Assembly (NCBI RefSeq): GCF_030684315.1
Contig: NC_081388.1
Location: 8,664,093-8,728,092, forward strand
DNA length: 64,000 nucleotides
Source of the DNA: Stegostoma tigrinum
Lineage: Eukaryota
Reading direction: 5' to 3'
Below are positions 35,731-51,000 of the stretch, piece by piece (position 1 is the first letter of the stretch; each line of letters starts with the position of its first letter). The notes under the pieces were generated by a model that was given only the letters and a program-made list of their open reading frames with translations, did no database searches and was not told the origin of the DNA. The position numbers and the translations under genes were made by a program.

Positions 35731-38533
35731 ATGGGGGATTTTGTCGTGATGGGTTTATTCCCTGTGTTGTTATTTGGAGCTGTTTGTTGCTCTGAAACCT
35801 GGCAACAGTTTCTGAGCCAGAGGTATCCATGGAGAAGAGTGAGAGCCACCCCAGTACCTGAGGGAGTCCCTCCTCACGGGGGTCCCATTGGTTCCAATTT
35901 CAGAATGTCTGAGGGTGGGAGTGTGTCTCCACTGCAGACTGTGATGGTGCAGTGTGGAGAGCAGAAGCTACAGGTCAGGGCCCAGTTGGATTTATTTGGA
36001 ACCAGGCACCTAATTAATGCTGCTGACCTGACCCTGGGGACAGCAGGCTGTCAGCCAACCAGGATCTACCCTGAGAACCACACTGTCCTCTTTGACTATG
36101 GCCTGCATGAGTGTGGCAGCAGATTGCAGGTAATGGGAGTCCTTCATAGTTGCTGGAAGCTTTAACTGTGGTGTTTCTTGCTGTGATGCTAGCTGCAGTG
36201 CTGTTGGTATAGGGTCTAATTTCTCTTGGTCTCAAACTGAGATTCTCTCTCTTAGATTAAGACAGGTTTGGGAACCACAGAACCATTTAAACCTGTGTCC
36301 TCATGGCCTGTAAGTTATTTCTGGTTCTCCTGAGCTTCATCAGCTCTATGTTTTGAGGCTTGTTTTCTCTTTAGTCACTCCTCTAAACCCCATCCTGTGT
36401 GGATCATACCCTTTAACAAAAGGTTAAGAGGGGCCTTGCTCTTGAATGTCTCCAAATTCCCACTTTCATTGCCTTTGGAATAACTTGGCTCCTGGGATAA
36501 GTGTTCTGTTTCTCTATTATTAGATTATCCCCTGTTCTGTTTTGAGTACGTTGCTGATTAGTTTGGTCTTATCCTTGTGATAGACTCAAATATTGGAGCT
36601 TTGCTGATATCTGAGGAAACCAGAATGTGTCTGAGAGAATCACAACCATGTTCTAGTTCCTTCAATGTTTCTTTTCCCCACAAAACCCATCTATCTGCTT
36701 CAACAAATGTGTATTTCCAATGTAAATGCATTCCCTATCTGATCATTGCTGATCTATTGCAAGATGCATGACCTAGTCAAATTGGTCCAAAATGACTAAC
36801 CCCTGAGCTATGATTTATTGCCCCTAAAACTGGTCTCACTGCTTGTGTGCAAACAAGCAGCTGGCACCTGCCAAGCTCCTGAAGGACATCATCCCATTCC
36901 CACAATTCCTTATGTTGCATAGCACCTTCAATTCCAATTGTTTCCATTCTTTAATCTGCTGTCTTTCAGATGACTGGAGACTTCCTGATCTATACCACCC
37001 ATCTGACCCACATCCCAAACTATCCTGGGTCTGTCATTGTGAGAACCAATGGAGCTGTCATTCCCATTGTGTCGTTATTTGAGGTGAACCTTTGCTAGAT
37101 TGTCAACATCATCTGTAGCTGTCACCTGACACTAGACTAAAATGGCTGCACTGTCTCTCCCCAGGACGGGCAACGTGAGCAGTGACCCCATCAAGCCCAC
37201 CTGGATCCCATTCAGCTCCACCAGGTCTGGAGAAGGGCATCTGTCATTCTCCCTGCGTCTAATGAATGGTATGTGAGGGCTGGCTGGGGAGGGATCTCCT
37301 GGTGTCACTCAGTAGGTGCAACTCACACTAACCCTTGTCCTCTTGCATGTCAGGTGACTGGCTTACAGAGCGCACTTCCACTGTCTACTCCCTGGGAGAC
37401 CTCATTCACATTGAGGCATCTGTTTCAATGGACAACCACATGCCCCTGAAGCTGTACATTGACCGCTGTGTAGCTACACTGAGCCCAGACAAGGACTCCA
37501 GCCCCAGATACAGCATCATTGACTACAATGGGTAAGGAGCTCTCTGCTTTCTCCAGCTGCTCCCATCTCAATGACTTCACTCCATTCACTTCATGGCCCT
37601 TTGTTCACCTGTAGTTGCCTCGTGGACAGCAAAGCTGAGGACTCCTTTTCAACCTTTGTGTTGCCGAGAGACCAGCGGGAGCCGGACAAGCTCAGGTTTG
37701 ACCTGGATGCCTTCCGCTTCTATGGAGATGAACAATCCTTGGTAAGAGGAAGCTGCTGAGTGGCTTCTCCCCACTGGGTGGGAGTGACTAAACACTGACT
37801 GACTTGTGCTGAATGTGTCCCTCAGATGTTCATCACCTGTCACCTGAAAGTTGTTGCGGTGGATCAGGGAGATTCCAGGAACAAAGCTTGTACTTTCCAG
37901 AAGCTGCACAAGATGTGAGTGTTTTTCCCACTTGCTGCCCCTTAGTGATGTTGTTGGGGAGAGGTGATGCTCCATGTGGTTGATGGGCTTTTTGTCTTGT
38001 TTAGCTGGAGCCCACTGGAGGAATCAACCAGTGACATTTGTGCCTGTTGCCATGTGGGGAACTGTGGTAGCACAAGGGAGATCATCTTCTCCTCCAGAGG
38101 AAGGAGAGACCTTGGACCTGAAGCTGGTAAGTCACTGACTCATGAGACTCTGGGGCTTTTCACGCTTTCCCTGACCATGACCGTACTGTTCTTCCTGCAG
38201 AGAGTGAAGGTGGATTGAAGTGGGAGGGTGAGGCCTCGCTTGGCCCCCTGCTCATTCTGGATCCTGAGCTGACCAGCCTGGCAACTGAGCCCCTGACTGA
38301 GGATGAGCAAAGGATGCAGGAGATGTCTCCAGGCGGTGAGTTGCCTGACTGCTAGTTTGCCTCTTTGTCCCAGTTCCCATCAGTAACCATTGGTTTCTCC
38401 TTGCTGTGTAGGTGTGCAGTCTGAGCTGGTTGTGATGCTGTCCCTGACAGTGACAGCTGTCTCCCTGATCTCTGCTTCGTTGATGGCCTTGTTCCTGTAC
38501 AGGAAGCACCAGCAAACTCTACTCAACTATTGA
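35731..38533 (+). pseudogene. zp3: ZP3-like copy 5 (type B body, C-like exon 1) with a 2 bp frameshift in exon 2
   Basis: At 37063-37083, CCCATTGTGTCGTTATTTGAG lacks one GT relative to intact copies. This gives a TGA early in exon 3. Confidence 0.75.
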
Positions 38534-41500
38534 TGGAATAGTCCAATAAAGCAGTGACTCCTTGTCTCTTGTTTCTTGTGTCTAGTTTGTCTCTGCATCA
38601 TCATGAGTCGATACCCCTGGGGTTATGCTATGAACCCCCCAGAAAACCTTCTAAATCCATTTTTATTGAATGTACTGTTTAGGCTTCACTGCTTGCAGTG
38701 ACCACAGGGTCTTGTTGGCAACACAAAATGGGACTTCCACGCCTGAGATCACTGTTCAGACCATTTCCCTCTATAATAGGAACACTGGTGTGAACTGTCC
38801 TGGGTTTGCTCCCATTACATCTGGTCCTTTGTGAATAAGGATGCCTGGGTGTTCAGAGTAAGAAACATGGATCAGACTGACCCTCCATGCTGTATCTGTG
38901 CCTCTTTACCTGGCTACTGGGCATGGGTGGCATGGAGGCTTAGTGGTTTACACTGCTGCAATGCCACACCAGGAACCAGAGTTCAATCTGCCTGCTGGTG
39001 GTTGCACACTCACCCTGTGACTGGGTTTAGTGCTCAGGTGTTTTCCCCTAGCCCAAAGGTGCGCCAGTCCTGGTGAATTTTCCGTGGGGAAAGTGCACCA
39101 GAGTACAGGGATGTATATGCACTCTGGGTCAGAGATGGGGGGACGTAGGGTTAAAGGGTGTTGGGCTGTTCTTCGGAATGTTTGGGGTAGCAGTGTGGAC
39201 TAAAGGGGACATTTGGGCTGCTTACATACTGGTGAGAATTCTAAGGGGTAAATCAAACTGGTGCATGACACACATTGCTCTGGCTCTATCTTGTTAATAT
39301 TCAAAAAAAATCTCAGTTCAATATCCGCCTTCTCTTCTAAATGCTTGTTTTTTTCTCTCCACTGGGCTTTCTCCTGGGAGTTTTGGTCTGATATCAGATA
39401 GTCCTGACTCAAGCATCTACTCTGCAAATCGCATCTGAATGTGAGTGCAGGATGGGGGCCCTGTTTTGGAAAGTAGAGGCCTGAAGATGCCTTCAGGCCC
39501 TCGTTAACAACTGGGGCCTGAAGGTGAACAATAATCAAGCGTCATCCCTTCTGCTCCAAAAACTACACCCAGTTGCTGATGACCTAATTACAAAGATAGC
39601 CACAACACACATTTGACAGTTACTGCCCAAGCACCTTTGTAAGCTTTAGCTGTTTAAAAACTCCATTACTGTGGTGGTGTGTTTCTCTATAATGTGTTCT
39701 CCTCCTGTAATATCTTCACACAAATGTTCTACGATGTTTAGTGCCCTGGAGCGTTTCAGTAATCCTGTTTTGATTTACATCAAGCAGGGCACCAACCATT
39801 GTCAAACAATTTTTATAATAATTTCCTCATGGATGAGGGTGGCACAGGCTAGGTGCGTGTTTATTGTCCAGAGGGCAGCTGTAGTCCAGGCAAGGATGGC
39901 AGTTTCCTTCTGTAAAGGATGTTGGTGAACTAGATGGGTTTTCTCCCAACAATTGGTTACAGACTCTGTCATTATTGGACAGGTTAATGACTGATATTTT
40001 CAATGAATTTGCATTCCAGCATCTGCTATGGTGGGATTTGACACCAGCTCCTCAGAAAATCACCTGTTGTGTCTCTGGTTTAACTATGATACCACAAGGC
40101 CATCGTAATTACCCACGGCATTCAATCACAGGCAGAGAAAGAACAATATTGTTGAGCTTGGAGCTTGTCCTCTGACAGTGTTATTCAATCATTTCAGTCT
40201 GGAGGATAACGAAGGGGTGTTCTGTGCATCTGAGCACTTAGTTTTGGGTGTGTGGAAGTATTACTGTGTTCATCCTTTCTCTGAGAAGCCACTGGGGCTA
40301 ACTTTCTATGATCTCGCACCATGCTTCAGTACCTCTTTGTGGGCAAGCACTGTTGGAGCTACGTTATGTTGGGTAAAAAGTTAAATTCATCACCATTCCA
40401 CTCACATATTTGCTTGTAAATTAAATATACTCCAGGCACTGTGTTCAAAGAAGCACAGGTGAATGTTTGCTGGCATTCTGATCAGTCGTTTTCCCTCAGT
40501 GAGCACCTCTGTGGGATCTTGCTGTGCCCAGCTTTCCTGCTGCTTCTCTCTACATTACCACAGATGCAACACTTCAAATTTCACCCCATTCAGGTTGGAG
40601 ATGTGCTCACTGAGCGAACAGGTTTGGATGCAAACGTTTCATCACCCTGCTCGGTAACGTCGTCAGTGCACCTCTGGGGAAGCGATGGTGTTCTGTCCTA
40701 CTAGTTAATTCTGTGTCTCAGCTTGCTGGAATGGTTGGGATTCCTTCCGGTTCTGTTTCTCAGTGGTTTGTACATTGCGACAGTTCAATCACTGAGGAAC
40801 AGAACTGGAAGCTATACCAGCCATTCCAGCAAACAGAGACATATAAATAACAAGTGGGACAGAACACCATCGCTTCCCCAGAGGCACACTGATGATGTTA
40901 TCTACCAGGGCGATGAAATGTTTGCACCCAAAGCCAACGGCTCGGCCAGCATGTCTACAACCTCATTCACAACCCCAACTACCAATCTCCTCAAACTTTT
41001 CACCCCAGTGTCTGCGAATCGCTTTCAGCACGTTCTTAACTTGAAAAGAGACACGATCAGAATGCATTTACTTTAAGGTAGTTTGGACAGTAACCAGCCC
41101 TTCACCACCCCTTAAAGGCTCACAGTAAGCTTGGCTCTTTGTTACATTGTTGGCTTGACATTGTCCGGGCAGCTGTTGTTCTGGGTAGATGAGGAAGCTT
41201 CAGGAAGAATGTAGACAGAAAGCAATGTCTTTTCATGGAATCAGATGGCACCAGTAACCAGCCACTGAGGACTTGGGATTGAGAGCAGGGTTGGCACTCA
41301 GTGCGTCAGCTCATCTCATCTATTGGCACGGACCCTGGCATTGCCTTATGCATGTGGATATCTCACCTGATTCCTTTTGCCTTGCTGCTTCCAATGACTC
41401 TTTCAAAGTTTGACGCTTTCAAATCTGTTTTTACTGCGATCCTGCGACTGCACCAATCTGAAAGTAAACAGGGCCGAATGGTACATGTTGTATACATTGC

Positions 41501-42859
41501 CCTGCCTACCACCCTCAGATTGTGGTCAGGGCACTTCATTGCTACGAGCCTCTCGTCGTGACCAACCCGGCTGGTGGGCAAGTAAAGTAACCAATGAGTC
41601 TCAACCAGAAGAGGCCATTTTTTTCGAAAAAACAAGGTCTCATTTAGTGAGTGACAGTGATCACAAACCACCTAATTTACCAAGTTGCTCCCACAATGAT
41701 GAGGAAATCTAGGTTAAGATCTCTAACCTCTTTGGGTTCCAAGATCCTCAAGACATGATTGGATAAAACTCTTCCTAGAGTTAAACCGTTCAAAATTATT
41801 ACTTCATACAACATCTCCATCAAACCTTACCCTATTTTGCACGGACCATTAAATTAACCGTGACCCCACATTCCCCCAAGTCTCCGATTTTACAACTTCA
41901 TGGCATCCTGGAGGTTTTGTAATTCTCCCTGAATTCATTCTCTTCAGACTTGGCAGATTGGTGGGTCTTTGACTTGAGGGCTATTGGCCTCGATCCTATT
42001 CTAAAGCTCTACATCAGCAGACTGCTTGAAATGTTGGTGTTTTGAGCTGAGGTTGAAACTCGTGCTACCCCAGGGGCGTTACTCTATCACGTTAGCTGGA
42101 GAACTCTTCATCTCCTGAATTTCTTTTGCAGCTGAACTCTTTCCTGATAACTAAGGTAGTTGCCCCATAACATCATCTCAGGAACGTTCATCTCGTGGAA
42201 TTTTCATCATGGACTCCTCTGGTGAAGCCGCTATTTTCTTTTACAATGTATAGGATTCTGGGTTTTTGGACCAGGTAATCTCTTCACAATCATGTTCTGT
42301 GTCTTCATCTTTATTTAGTTACGGTTCCTATGGAAACAAGTGCAGGTCACTTTCAATCAGTGTGAACTAATCTTTACACTTACCCACTCCCCCAACCCCG
42401 ATACATCTGTACTGAAGCAAGTCCGCTCTCTATGTTAACTAGGAGCTTGTTCTGAACATCTCAATTTGCCCTCAATGTTTGTCCTATTGATGAACGCAAT
42501 ATGTTCATATCCTTGGTCACTGTTGAAGAATTGTTCAGAGGAAGGGTCTCTCTACCCGAAACAGTAACTGTGATTTCTCCCCACAGATGCTGCCAGCTCT
42601 GGTGAGCTTTTCCAGAAATTTCTGTTTTTGTTTCTGATTCACTGCATCTGTGGCTCTATCAGTTTTTAACTGAAAAATTGTTATTGACTTTGCTCTTTCA
42701 CAGACTGTCAGAGTCATGGAGTTATACAGGATTGAAGCAGGAGTAGGGAACCCTGGATGAAAACGGCTGTTACCAGAACAAAGAAGGTGGGATTGATCAG
42801 GTACAGGCAACTGGGATCAAGGGAAGCCATGGAGGTAGAGAGGGGTTACAGGATTTAAC

Positions 42860-44915
42860 TGAAGAAGGAAATCAGGATGTCTCAAGAGGGGCATGAGTCA
42901 GCTTTGACTGAAAATGTCAGGGCGAATCCAAATAGATTCTTTCCGTATGTTAAAGCCATAAAAATAACTGGAGAGAGAATAGGAACTCTGAATGGCCAGA
43001 GTGGGCATGCATGTGTGGAACTGCAGGAGACGAATGAGGTTCTCAATGAATAGTTTGCCTCTTTGTGAACTGTGGATAATGACATGAAGACATGGCAACT
43101 TTGGGAAGTCAGTGGTGATATCTTGGTGACAGTCCATGTCACAGTGGAGGAGGTGTTGGAAGTATTGGAAGTGCTGAGAAGAGAAATCTGGGAATTATAG
43201 ACTTGTAAGCATAACATGTGTGATAGGCATGTTACTTGAGAAGATTCTGAGGGATAAGATATGCATGCATATGAAAAGACAGGGTTTGATTAGGAGTAGT
43301 CAGTGTGGCTTTGTGCATTAGAGATGATGCCAAACAAAGTTGTCAGAGTTCTTTGATGAAATGTTCAGGAAGTGTGATGGCAGCACAGGAGGCGTAGTCC
43401 GTATGGATTTCAGTAAGGCCTTTGATAAGTTTCCATGTTTTAGGCAGCTCTGGAAAGTTAGCTCGAATAGTATCCAGTAAACGAGATACATAATTGGCTT
43501 GATGGGTGGAAGCAGAGAGTAATAGTGAAAGGATGCTTGTCGGAGTGGAGGTCTGTGACTCGTGGTGTGCCTCAGGGGTCAGTGCTGGGCCTATTGCTGT
43601 TTGTTATCTATATCAATGCTGTAGATGAGGGTGTACAAGGCATGATTAGTCAGTTGGCAGATGACACTAAAATAGATAGTATTGTGGATAGTGAGGAAAT
43701 TTTTCAGAAATTGCAACATGATGTTGATCAGCTGTGGAAGTGGGCCGATAAATGGCAAATGGATTTGATTATAGATAAGTGTGAGGTGTTGCATTGTGGA
43801 AAGCGAAATCAAGGTGGGAATTTCAGGGTGAACGGTACGGCTGTAAGGAGTGTAGTGGAACAGACGGACATTGGAGTTCAGGCGCACAATTCTCTGACAG
43901 CTGAGTGACGGCTAGACAGGGCAGTGAAGATGGCGTTTGACAAACTGGCTTTCGTCTATGTGTGCATTGAGTATCGAAGGTGGGAAGTTGTGTTGCAGAT
44001 GAGGACGACACATTTGGCGTATCAGCCTAACAAAGTGTGGATGAACACAGCAGGCCAGGCAGCATGTGGGGAGCAGGAAAGTTGATGTTTCAGGTCGGGA
44101 CTCTTCTTTAGAAATTGGAGAAGGGGAAGGAAGCTCAGAAGTTAATAGAAAGAGGAGGGGTTGAACTGGGGAAGGTAGATGGGATGGTGACAGGTGAGTG
44201 CAGGTAGGGGTGGTGGGGATTAGTCAGTGAGGTGGGAGGCGCAGATAGGTGGGAGAGAAGGTGGACAGGTTGTATCAGGTCAAGGAGGTAGGGATGAGAG
44301 GTAGGGTTGATCATGAGATGAGGCCGGGCAAGGGGAGATTTTAAAACTGGTAAAATCCACGTTTAGGCCATTGGGCTGTCAGCTCCTGAGGCAGGACATG
44401 AGGTGCTTCTCGTCCAGTTTGTGGCAAGTAGTTTGTTGCAAGTCAAGTGCAGATCCTCCACAAAACAGGCTCTGTATCTCCTCTTGCAGTATTGTGTTCA
44501 GATTTGGTCACCTTGTTACAGGAACAATCCTATTAAATTGGAAAAGATGAAACAGTTGCCCTGAGATAGAGGTAGAGGTTGGACAAGCTCAGGCTAATTT
44601 CTTTAGAGTGTAGGAGACTGAGAGGAGATCTCCTCGAAGTGTATAAGCTCATGAGAGTCTTGTAAATACATGGAAACCTGGTCACCCTGAGAGTGGTACA
44701 CACATGGAGTAAGGGGCCAACGGAAGTGCTTGAGGGGCTACATTAACAACATTTAATAGGCATTGGGACAAATACATGGATGGGAAAGGTTTAGAAGGAC
44801 AGGGTCCTGGTGCAAGGAAATGATTTTAGCACGGATAGGCATTTTGGTCAGCGTGCATCATTCCGGGCCAAAGGACCTCTCTCTAAGCCAGAAGACTCTG
44901 TGACTCTATTGTTCT
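42860..44915 (+). mobile_element. Decayed CR1-type LINE, longer form with RT core
   Basis: ORF 43525-43908 contains GVPQGSVLG...LADDTKI and is near-identical to 15847-16230. Confidence 0.85.
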
Positions 44916-45184
44916 CAGGGGGCCATCACCATGAGAACCTGTGGAGCTGAATGCAGTCAGGTGACAGCATGGCAACTCCCAGCCATTCCCATTGGTCCAA
45001 ATGAAATGGGCCCTCCTGGTAAGAAGCCAATGGATGTAGACATTGGTGGAATTTCCAGAGATTGGGGCTGGATCATTGGTTCATTGTTGCTGCTTCTGGT
45101 CTGATTGGTGTCAGGTGAGTGCAGGTTGTGTGTATAAAAGGAGCTGGGTGGGGGCTGGAGGGGATGGTTGAAGTGTTTGTGATC

Positions 45185-48037
45185 ATGGGGGATTTTGTAG
45201 TGAGGGGTTTATTCCCTGTGTTGTTATTTGGAGCTGTTTGTTGCTTGGAAACTCAGCAACTGAACCTGAGGCATCCATGGAGAGGAGTGAGAGCCACCCC
45301 TGTACCTGAGAGAGTCCCTCCTCATGGGGGTCCCATTGGTTCCAGTTTCAGAATGTCTGAGGGTGGGAGTGTGTCCCCACTGCAGACTGTGATGGTGCAG
45401 TGTGGAGAGCAGAAGCTGCAGGTCAGGGCCCAGTTGGATTTATTTGGAACCAGGCACCCAATTAATGCTGCTGACCTGACCCTGGGGACAGCAGGCTGTC
45501 AGCCAACCAGGGTCTACCCTGAGAACCACACTGTCCTCTTTGACTATGGCCTGCATGAGTGTGGTAGCAGATTGCAGGTAATGGGAGTCCTCCATAGTTG
45601 TGGGAAGCTTGGTCTATAGTGTTCCTTGCTGTAATGCTGGCTCCAATGCTGTGGTTATTGAGGTCTACTTTCTCTTGTTCTCAAACTGAGATTGTCTCTT
45701 CTAGATTTGACTGTGGCTGAAGTGGTTCTGTGGGCCCCAAACCCCTCTGTCCCTATGGCATTGAGATTATTTCTGGTTCTCCTGGATATGATTAGCTTTC
45801 GATGTTTGAGTCTTGTTTCTCCTTAGTCAGCTCTACTGACATTCTCATCCCTTGAGGGTGACACTGCTAAAAACAACATTACCTTTGAGCTGCCTTGTTC
45901 TTGAAGGGCTCCAAATTCCCACTTTCCTTGCCTTTGGAACAACTGGGCTTTTGGGATATGTGCTCTGTTTCTGCATTATTAGATTATCCCCTGGTCTATT
46001 TACTGAAGCTGACTTTATTCAATCACTTTGCTGAATAGTTTAGCCTTGTCCTCTCAAGATGCTCAAATGTTAGGTTTGCTGATGACTGAGGAAACCAAAA
46101 TGTCTGAGAGAATTGGGGTCACGTGACTGTTCCCTCAGTGATTTCTATTGCTAGTTTCTACAAAAACCATCCATCTGTTTCAACAACTGTTCATTTCCAC
46201 TGTAAATGCATTCCCTATCTGATCATTGCTGATCAATTGATTGATGCACTACCTTGTCAAATTGGTCCAAAATGATGAACCTCTGAGCTATGATGTATTG
46301 CCTGTAAAACTGGTGTCACTGCTTGTGAGCAAACAAGAGGCTGGCACTGAGCCTGTCAACTCCCTAAGTAATTGTGGGAATGGGATGATGTCCTTGTGTT
46401 GCATAGAACCTTCATTTCAAATTGGTTCCCCATTCCTTCATCTGTTGTCTTTCAGATGACTGGAGACTTCCTGATCTACACCACCCACCTGACCCACATC
46501 CCAAACTATCCTGGGTCTGTCATTGTGAGAACCAATGGAGCTGTCATTCCCATTGTGTGTCGTTATTTGAGGTGAGCCTTTGCTAGATTGTCAACATCAT
46601 CTGTAGCTGTCACCTGACACTAGCCTAAAATGGCTGCACTGTCTCTCCCCAGGACGGGCAATGTGAGCAGTGACCCCATCAAGCCCACCTGGATCCCATT
46701 CAGCTCCACCAGGTCTGGAGAAGGGCATCTGTCATTCTCCCTGCGTCTAATGAATGGTATGTGAGGGCTGGCTGGGGAGGGATCTCCTGGTGTCACTCAC
46801 TGGGAGCTGCACCTACTATCTGTAACCCTTGTCCTCTTGTACTTCAGGTGACTGGCACACAGAGCGCACTTCCACTGTCTACTCCCTGGGAGACCTCATT
46901 CACATTGAGGCATCTGTTTCAATGGACAACCACTTGCCCCTGAAGCTGTACATTGACCGCTGTGTAGCTACACTGAGCCCAGACAAGGGCTCCAGCCCCA
47001 GATACAGCATCATTGACTACAATGGGTAAGGAGCTCTCTGCTTTCTCCAGCTGCTTCCATCTCAATGGCTTCACTCCATTCACTTCATGGCCCTTTGTTC
47101 ACCTGCAGTTGCCTCGTAGACAGCAAAGCTGAGGACTCCTTTTCAACCTTTGTGTTGCTGAGAGACCAGCGGGAGCCGGACAAGCTCAGGTTTGACCTGG
47201 ATGCCTTCCGCTTCTATGGAGATGAACAATCCTTGGTAAGAGGAAGCTGCTGATTAGTCACTCCCACCCAGTGGGGTGAAGCCAAACTGACTTGTGCTGA
47301 ATGTGTCCCTCAGATATTCATCACCTGTCACCTGAAAGTTGCTGCAGTAGATCAGGGAGATTCCAGGAACAAAGCTTGTACTTTCCAGAAGCTGCACAAG
47401 ATGTGAGTGGTTTCTGACCTACCCTCTGCCCCCACTCACTGTCCCTGAGTGATGTTGTTGGTGAGGTGATGCCCCATGTGGTTCATGAGCTTTTTCTCCT
47501 GTTTAGCTGGACCCCACTGGAGGAATCAAGCAGTGACATTTGTGCCTGTTGCCATGTGGGGAACTGTGGTAGCACACGGGACATCATCCTTCCCTTCAGA
47601 GGAAGGAGAGACCTTGGAGCTGAAGCTGGTAAGTCACTGACCCACGAGATGTTCGGGCTATACACCCCTTCCTGAACCTAACCGTACTGCTCTCTCTCCT
47701 GCAGAGAGTGAAGCTGGATTGAAGTGGGAGGGTGAGTCCTCTGTTGGCCCCCTGCTCATTCTGGATCCTGAGCTGACCAGCCTGGCAACTGAGCCCCTGA
47801 CTGAGGATGAGCAAAGGATGCAGGAGATGTCTCCAGGCGGTGAGTTGCCTGACTGCTAGTTTGCCTCTTTGTCCCAGTTTCCCTCAGTAACCATTGGTAT
47901 TTCCTTGTTGTGTAGGTGTGCAGTCTGAGCTGGTTGTGATGCTGTCCCTGACAGTGACAGCTGTCTCCCTGATCTCTGCTTTGTTGATGGCCTTGTTCCT
48001 GTACAGGAAGCACCAGCGAACTCCACTCAGCTATTGA
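45185..48037 (+). CDS. zp3: ZP3-like copy 6 (type A), apparently intact, ~461 aa
   Basis: ATG at 45185. Exon 2 is intact (ATTGTGTGTCG), exon 5 has TAT GGA, and the exon 8 acceptor is intact. Stop TGA at 48035-48037 is followed by AATAAA. Confidence 0.87.
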
Positions 48038-51000
48038 TGGAATACTCCAATAAAAGAGTGACTCCTTGTCTCTTGTTTCTTGCACCTAGTTTGTTTCTGC
48101 ATCCTCACGCGAGTTGTTATCCCTGGGGTTATGCTATGAACCCCCAGAAAGCTTTTCTGGCTGCTATTTTTACTGAATGCAAGCAGTGATGCCTAAACAG
48201 TACAGTGACTACAGGGTCTTGTTGGCAACACAAAATGGGACTTCCACATCTGAGATCACTATTCACACCATTCCCTCTATAATAGGAACACTGGTGTGAA
48301 CTGTCCTGAGTTTGCTCCAATTACATCTGGTCCTTTGCGAATAAGGACACCTGGGTGTTCAGCGTAAGAAACGTTGATCAGACTGGCCTTCCATGCTGTA
48401 TCCCTGCCTCTTTACTTAGATGCTAGGCAGGGGTGGCATGGAGGCTTAGTGGCTTACACTGTTGCAACGCAACACCAGGAGCCTGAGTACATTCTGCCTG
48501 CTGGTTGTTGCACATTATTGCTGTGACTGGGAGTGCTCAGGTATCTTTTCCCCTCCGCCCAAAGGGGTGCCAGTCACAGTGAATTGGCCATGGGGAAAGT
48601 GCACCAGAGTACAGGGATATGTAGGCCCTGTGGGTTAGATATGGGGGATGTAGGGTTAAAGGGCATGGGCCTGGTCAGGACCCTCTTCAGAGGGGTTGGG
48701 GCAGCTGTGTGGACTCAATGGGGCAATTGCACTGCTTCCATAAAGTGAGAATTCTATGGGGTAAATCAAACTGGTGCCTGAGACACATTGCTCTGTCTCG
48801 TATTGTATTCTTCAGAAAGAATCTCAGTCTAATGTCCACCTTCTCTTCGAAATATTAGTTTTGTCTTTTTCTCCACTGGGCTTTCTTCCCTGGGGTTTTG
48901 GTCTGAGGTCAGATAGTCCTGACTCAACTGAGTCAAGCATCTACTGTACAAATTGCAGCTGAATGTGAATGCGGGCTGGGGGCCCTGTTTTGGAATGTAC
49001 AGGCCTTAAGACTCCTCCACACTTCAGGCCCTCATTAACAACTGGGGTCTAGAGGTGAACAATAATCAAGTGTCATCCCTTCTGCTCCAAAAACTACACC
49101 CAGTTGCAGATGACCTAATTATAAAGATGGCCACAACACACATCTGAGAGTTACTGCCCAAGCACCTTTGTACGCTTTAGCTGTTTAAACACTTCATTAC
49201 GATGGGTGGTGTGTTTCTCTATAATGTGTTCTCCTCCTGTATACCTTCACACAAATGTTCTGGGATGTTCAGTGCCCTGGAGCGTTTCAGTAATCCTGTT
49301 TTGATTTACATCAAGCAGTGCACCAATCATTGTCAAACAATTTTTAAAATAATTTCCTCATGGATGAGGGTGGCACAGGCTAGGTGCGTGTTTATTGTCC
49401 AGAGGGCAGCTGTAGTCCAGGCAAGGATGGCAGTTTCATTCTGTAAAGGATGTTGGCGAACTAGATGGGTTTTCTCCCAACAATTGGTAACAGTCTCTGT
49501 CATTATTGGACTGTTTAATCCCGGATATTTTCATTGAATTTGAATTCCAGCTCCCCGGAACATCACCTGTGTCTCTGGTTAAACTGCCCAACTATAATAC
49601 CACAAGGCCATCGTAATTACCCACGGCATTCAATCACAGGCAGAGAAAGAACAATACTGTTGAGCTTGGGGCTTGTCCTCTGACCGTGTTATTCAATCAT
49701 TTCAGTCTGGAGGAAAAGAAAAAGGTGTTCTTAGTTTTGGGTGTGTGGAAGTATGACTGTGTTCGTCCTTTCTCTGAGAAGCCACTGGGGATAACTTTCT
49801 ATGATCTCGCACCATGCTTCAGTACCTCTTTGTGGGCGAGCACTGTTGGAGCTACATTATGTTGGGTAAAAAGTTAAATTCATCACCATTCCGCTCACAT
49901 ATTTGCTTGTAAATTAAATATACTCCAGGCACTGTGCTCAAAGAAGCACAGGTGAATGTTTGCTGGCATTCTGATCACTCATTTTCCCTCAGTGAGCACC
50001 ACTGTGGGATCTTTCCTGCTGCTTTTCCCTACATTACCACAGATGCCACACTTCAAATTTCACCCCATTCAGGTTGGAGATGTGCTCACTGAGCTAACAG
50101 GTTTGGATGCAAACGGTTCATCACCCTGCTCGGTAACGTCGTCAGTGCACCTCTGGGGAAGCCAATGGTGTTCTGTCCTACTAGTTAATTCTGTGTCTCA
50201 GCTTGCTGGAATGGTTGGGATTCCTTCCGGTTCTGTTTCTCAGTGGTTTGTACATTGGGACAGTTCAATCACTGAGGAACAGAACTGGAAGCTATACCAG
50301 CCATTCCAGCAAACAGAGACATATAAATAACAAGTGGGACAGAACACCATCGCTTCCCAAGAGGCACACTGATGATGTTATCTACCAGGGCAATGAAATG
50401 TTTGCACCCAAAGCCAACGGCTCGGCCAGCATGTCTACAACCTCATTCACAACCCCAACTACCAATCTCCTCAAACTTTTCACCCCAGTGTCTGCGAATC
50501 GCTTTCAGCACGTTCTTAACTTGAAAAGAGACACGATCAGAATGCATTTACTTTAAGGTGGTTTGGACAGTAACCAGCCCTTCACCACCCCTGAAAGGCT
50601 CACAGTAAGCTTGGCTCTTTGTTCCATTGTTGGCTTGACATTGTCCGGGCAGCTGTTGTTCTGGGTAGATGAGGAAGCTTCAGGAAGAATGTAGACAGAA
50701 AGCAATGTCTTTTCATGGAATCAGATGGCACCAGTAACCAGCCACTGAGGACTTGGGATTGAGAGCAGGGTTGGCACTCAGTGCGTCAGCTCATCTCATC
50801 TATTGGCACGGACCCTGGCATTGCCTTATGCATGTGGATATCTCACCTGATTCCTTTTGCCTTGCTGCTTCCAATGACTCTTTCAAAGTTTGACGCTTTC
50901 AAATCTGTTTTTACTGCGATCCTGCGACTGCACCAATCTGAAAGTAAACAGGGCCGAATGGTACATGTTGTATACATTGCCCTGCCTACCACCCTCAGAT

